DNA from: Chiloscyllium plagiosum
Lineage: Eukaryota
Length of the DNA: 64,000 bases
Reading direction: 5' to 3'
NCBI RefSeq assembly: GCF_004010195.1
Contig: NC_057749.1
Coordinates: 22,540,976-22,604,975 of the forward strand
Below, one piece after another: positions 61,590-64,000 of the stretch (the stretch's first letter is position 1; each line of letters opens with the position of its first letter). The position numbers were made by a program, and so were the translations under genes. The notes under the pieces were generated by a model. It searched no databases. It was not told the origin of the DNA and saw only the letters and a program-made list of their open reading frames with translations.

Positions 61590-62460
61590 TCAATGCGTGG
61601 TCAAAGTAGCAGAGTTTTAGGAGAGTCTTAAAGGAAGAGAGGGTGGTCGTGACATGGAGGGGTTTGGGAAGTGAATTTCAGAGTACAGCATCCAAGACAT
61701 CTGTACATGCTGACACCAATACTGCAGCAAGGAAGGGAGGGTTTGGAGAGTTGGAGTTGGGTGGGGGATGAGTTAGGGCAAGATGTGATTCAAAGACAAG
61801 GATATGAATCTTTCTAATTGAAAGCACTGGGAAACCAAGGGCTCATGTATGCTAAGAGGACTTGGGATAGTTTGCATGACAGGATGGGGCTAGAGGGTGA
61901 ACGGAATTTTAAGGTGGAGGGAAGACAAATAGTTCTAACGGAGGGAAATGGAGTGCAGAGATGGTACAGACCCAGATCTTGGGATGGATGAACTACATGA
62001 ACAGCTTTTATTACCCATGCTATTGGGGTGTGTCTATGGGATAAAGGTCATCTGCTTGTTTGACGGGGCATTGAAAATTTGATGCCCTATTTGCTGATAA
62101 CTGTTTATAGAAATAATCCAAAAGGTGTAACCGTCACACAATATAGTCGGCAGCTCTCCACCTCCCCCAGTCCAGATCTCTCACCTCCAAGACAACGCAC
62201 ACACCATTACAGCATCTGAAACTAGAAGGGATGTTTTTATGAAGCTGCTGTCTCAGTTCATCATTTCTTCTGACAGGCACTCAGATCAGGGAACAGGCGA
62301 CAGAGGTCGCCATGTGCTGGGGTCTGTGATGCTCCCGACAAAGCCATGACTCTCTGAGGTATTATTCCAGTTGAGTGTGACTCTGCGCTGACAAAATGCA
62401 ATCTGTAATGTCATCCCCGGCTTCCTCGCCTTTACAAAATATCCAGGCCGTCCGAGATTC
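61590..62460 (-). mobile_element. Highly decayed L2-like remnant
   Basis: ggtcaaag..gttttaggagagtcttaaaggaagagag..gggtttgggaagtgaatttcagag resembles the reverse complement of an L2 3' region; heavily diverged. Confidence 0.45.
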
Positions 62461-63327
62461 TGAAGTTCAGAGTTCAAAGGACAATGACCATTTACATCAA
62501 ACAGAACTGACTGTGCCTTCTGTCCACAACTGGGGTCGACACACTTGTTTCTCCCTCTGTCTTCATTATATCAACCTCAAATACTTTAAACTACATTCTG
62601 CCATAGCTTAAGACTGATGTATCTGCAGCACATTACCCCAAACCTTGTATTTTACTGCTCAAACCCAAAATCTCTTTATCCTGCTTCTTGAAGCACAAGC
62701 TGACAACAAATAGTTTCAGGGTTAACCGCCCAGTCTAATACAGTTTCAGATCTCCTTGGTTTGGTTGCTTCATGTCACTGCACTGACAGCATGCCAGTGT
62801 CCCCCAGCAGACAGATGAAGTCATAAAGCAAGTTCACACACTGTTCCCCACACACAGGAGCTGACCCAGCCTCCCCACCTCCCTCACGAAAAAAAAAGCT
62901 GACAGCTCGTTCAAGCATCCTCCTCCCTGGAACCACTCACTCAGTGGCTTTGTGCAAGGAAGCTGGGGGCACCTCGAAAGCTCAGAAATTGCTGTCGATC
63001 CTGAGCTGCCGGCACCCCCTCTCCTCTCTCTCTCTCTCTCTGGGTGTTCTGTATGAAATGAAGCCTGGATTCCTCTTCCACCCCTGCGCTGCGGCTCAAC
63101 AGGAACTGAGCACAGCAGGACCCAAACGGGAGCAAGTCGTCAATCTGAGGATGAACCATCTTTAATCAGGCTGCCTGAAGCCCACACTCTCTAGGAGCTG
63201 CCACCGAACAGCAGCGTTGACAAAATTGCTACCTACCTTTCATGGCTGAGCACAGAATATACATCATTTGATGACTGCGCGGCCAAGGGTTTAGATCATG
63301 CCCGAGTCTCTCTCTTTGCCTTTTCAG

Positions 63328-63496
63328 CAGCTATGCTCTGCTACAGCATTGCCCGACAACACAACCATCTGAAAATCCACGTGATCCAGTCATCTGGTCG
63401 CTCTCCACCCACTGTCAGTGATTGGCAGCTTCGACAGAAAAGTCTCATTCAGCCCAGGAACCTGCCTCCCAGGCACTACGCTGCAGTCAGCAGGAG
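63328..63496 (+). CDS. Candidate exon containing an ATG at 63333
   Basis: Strong acceptor tctctctctttgccttttcag|cag (NAGNAG) and donor GAG|gtaatg. Only one frame is open (MLCYSIARQHNHLKIHVIQSSGRSPP...HYAAVSRR). Unique sequence, no homology recognised. Confidence 0.3.
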
Positions 63497-63942
63497 GTAA
63501 TGCAGCTAACTCCACCGTGCTCCAGCACCACTCCAAAGCTGCCTTCCCACTTCGATTTCCCTCGCGTCCTTCTGGACATTTGTTTTCCTCTTGGCAACAA
63601 CATGGCCATTATATATTAGTGCAATCTGGGCACAGGGTTCCAGAGAAAATCACACCAAGGCAGTGAGGGGGAATTTGCTTTCAATTAGGTAAATAGAAAT
63701 TCTGGATTAGTGGTGCTGGAAGAGCACAGCAGTCCAAAGAGCAGCGAAATCGACGTTTCGGGCAAAAGCCCTGGAAAGACCATCCAACTACTGTAAAACC
63801 CACCCTCCCCGACTCGCTGGAAACCCACCAGCCTGAGGTCGACTCAGGTGCTGATCTTGCTAATGTTGATCTTGCTTTGTGCACCTCCTGTGCAGTTGTA
63901 ACCCTGTATGCCTCACTCTGTCATAAGGAACCTTATGCTCTT

Positions 63943-64000
63943 AGGGGTGGCACGGTGGCTCAGTGGTTAGCACTGCTACTTCACAGCACCAGGGACGTGG
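63943..64000 (+). mobile_element. HE1-like V-SINE 5' end, running off the window
   Basis: ggggtggcacggtggctcagtggttagcactgct. Confidence 0.85.

Overview
Eukaryotic, repeat-dense vertebrate DNA, almost certainly cartilaginous fish (shark). The evidence is about 17 copies of a tRNA-derived V-SINE resembling the elasmobranch HE1 family and abundant CR1 LINEs sharing its 3' tail. No complete protein-coding gene, rRNA, tRNA or CRISPR array can be supported; most six-frame ORFs are repeat fragments. The window holds a near full-length CR1 (ca. 35.9-40.1 kb, minus), a Penelope-like element (PLE) RT copy (51.8-53.7 kb, minus), a decayed Gypsy element (21.7-24.6 kb), Rex1/Babar, L2 and RTE remnants, several minisatellites and two N-gaps. 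A few unique stretches look like spliced exons (2.3-2.5, 5.7-5.9, 7.8, 48.5, 63.3-63.5 kb), but I cannot name the gene(s). The most notable structure is a set of short (ca. 200 bp), often TSD-flanked, palindromic PLE-end insertions from at least three sequence families. Each carries a minimal hammerhead ribozyme motif (CUGANGA-A-stem II-GAAA-palindromic stem III-NUH), and two copies have an intact catalytic consensus (3697-3734 and 14488-14519, minus). Repeat boundaries are approximate and family names come from recognition, not from a database search.
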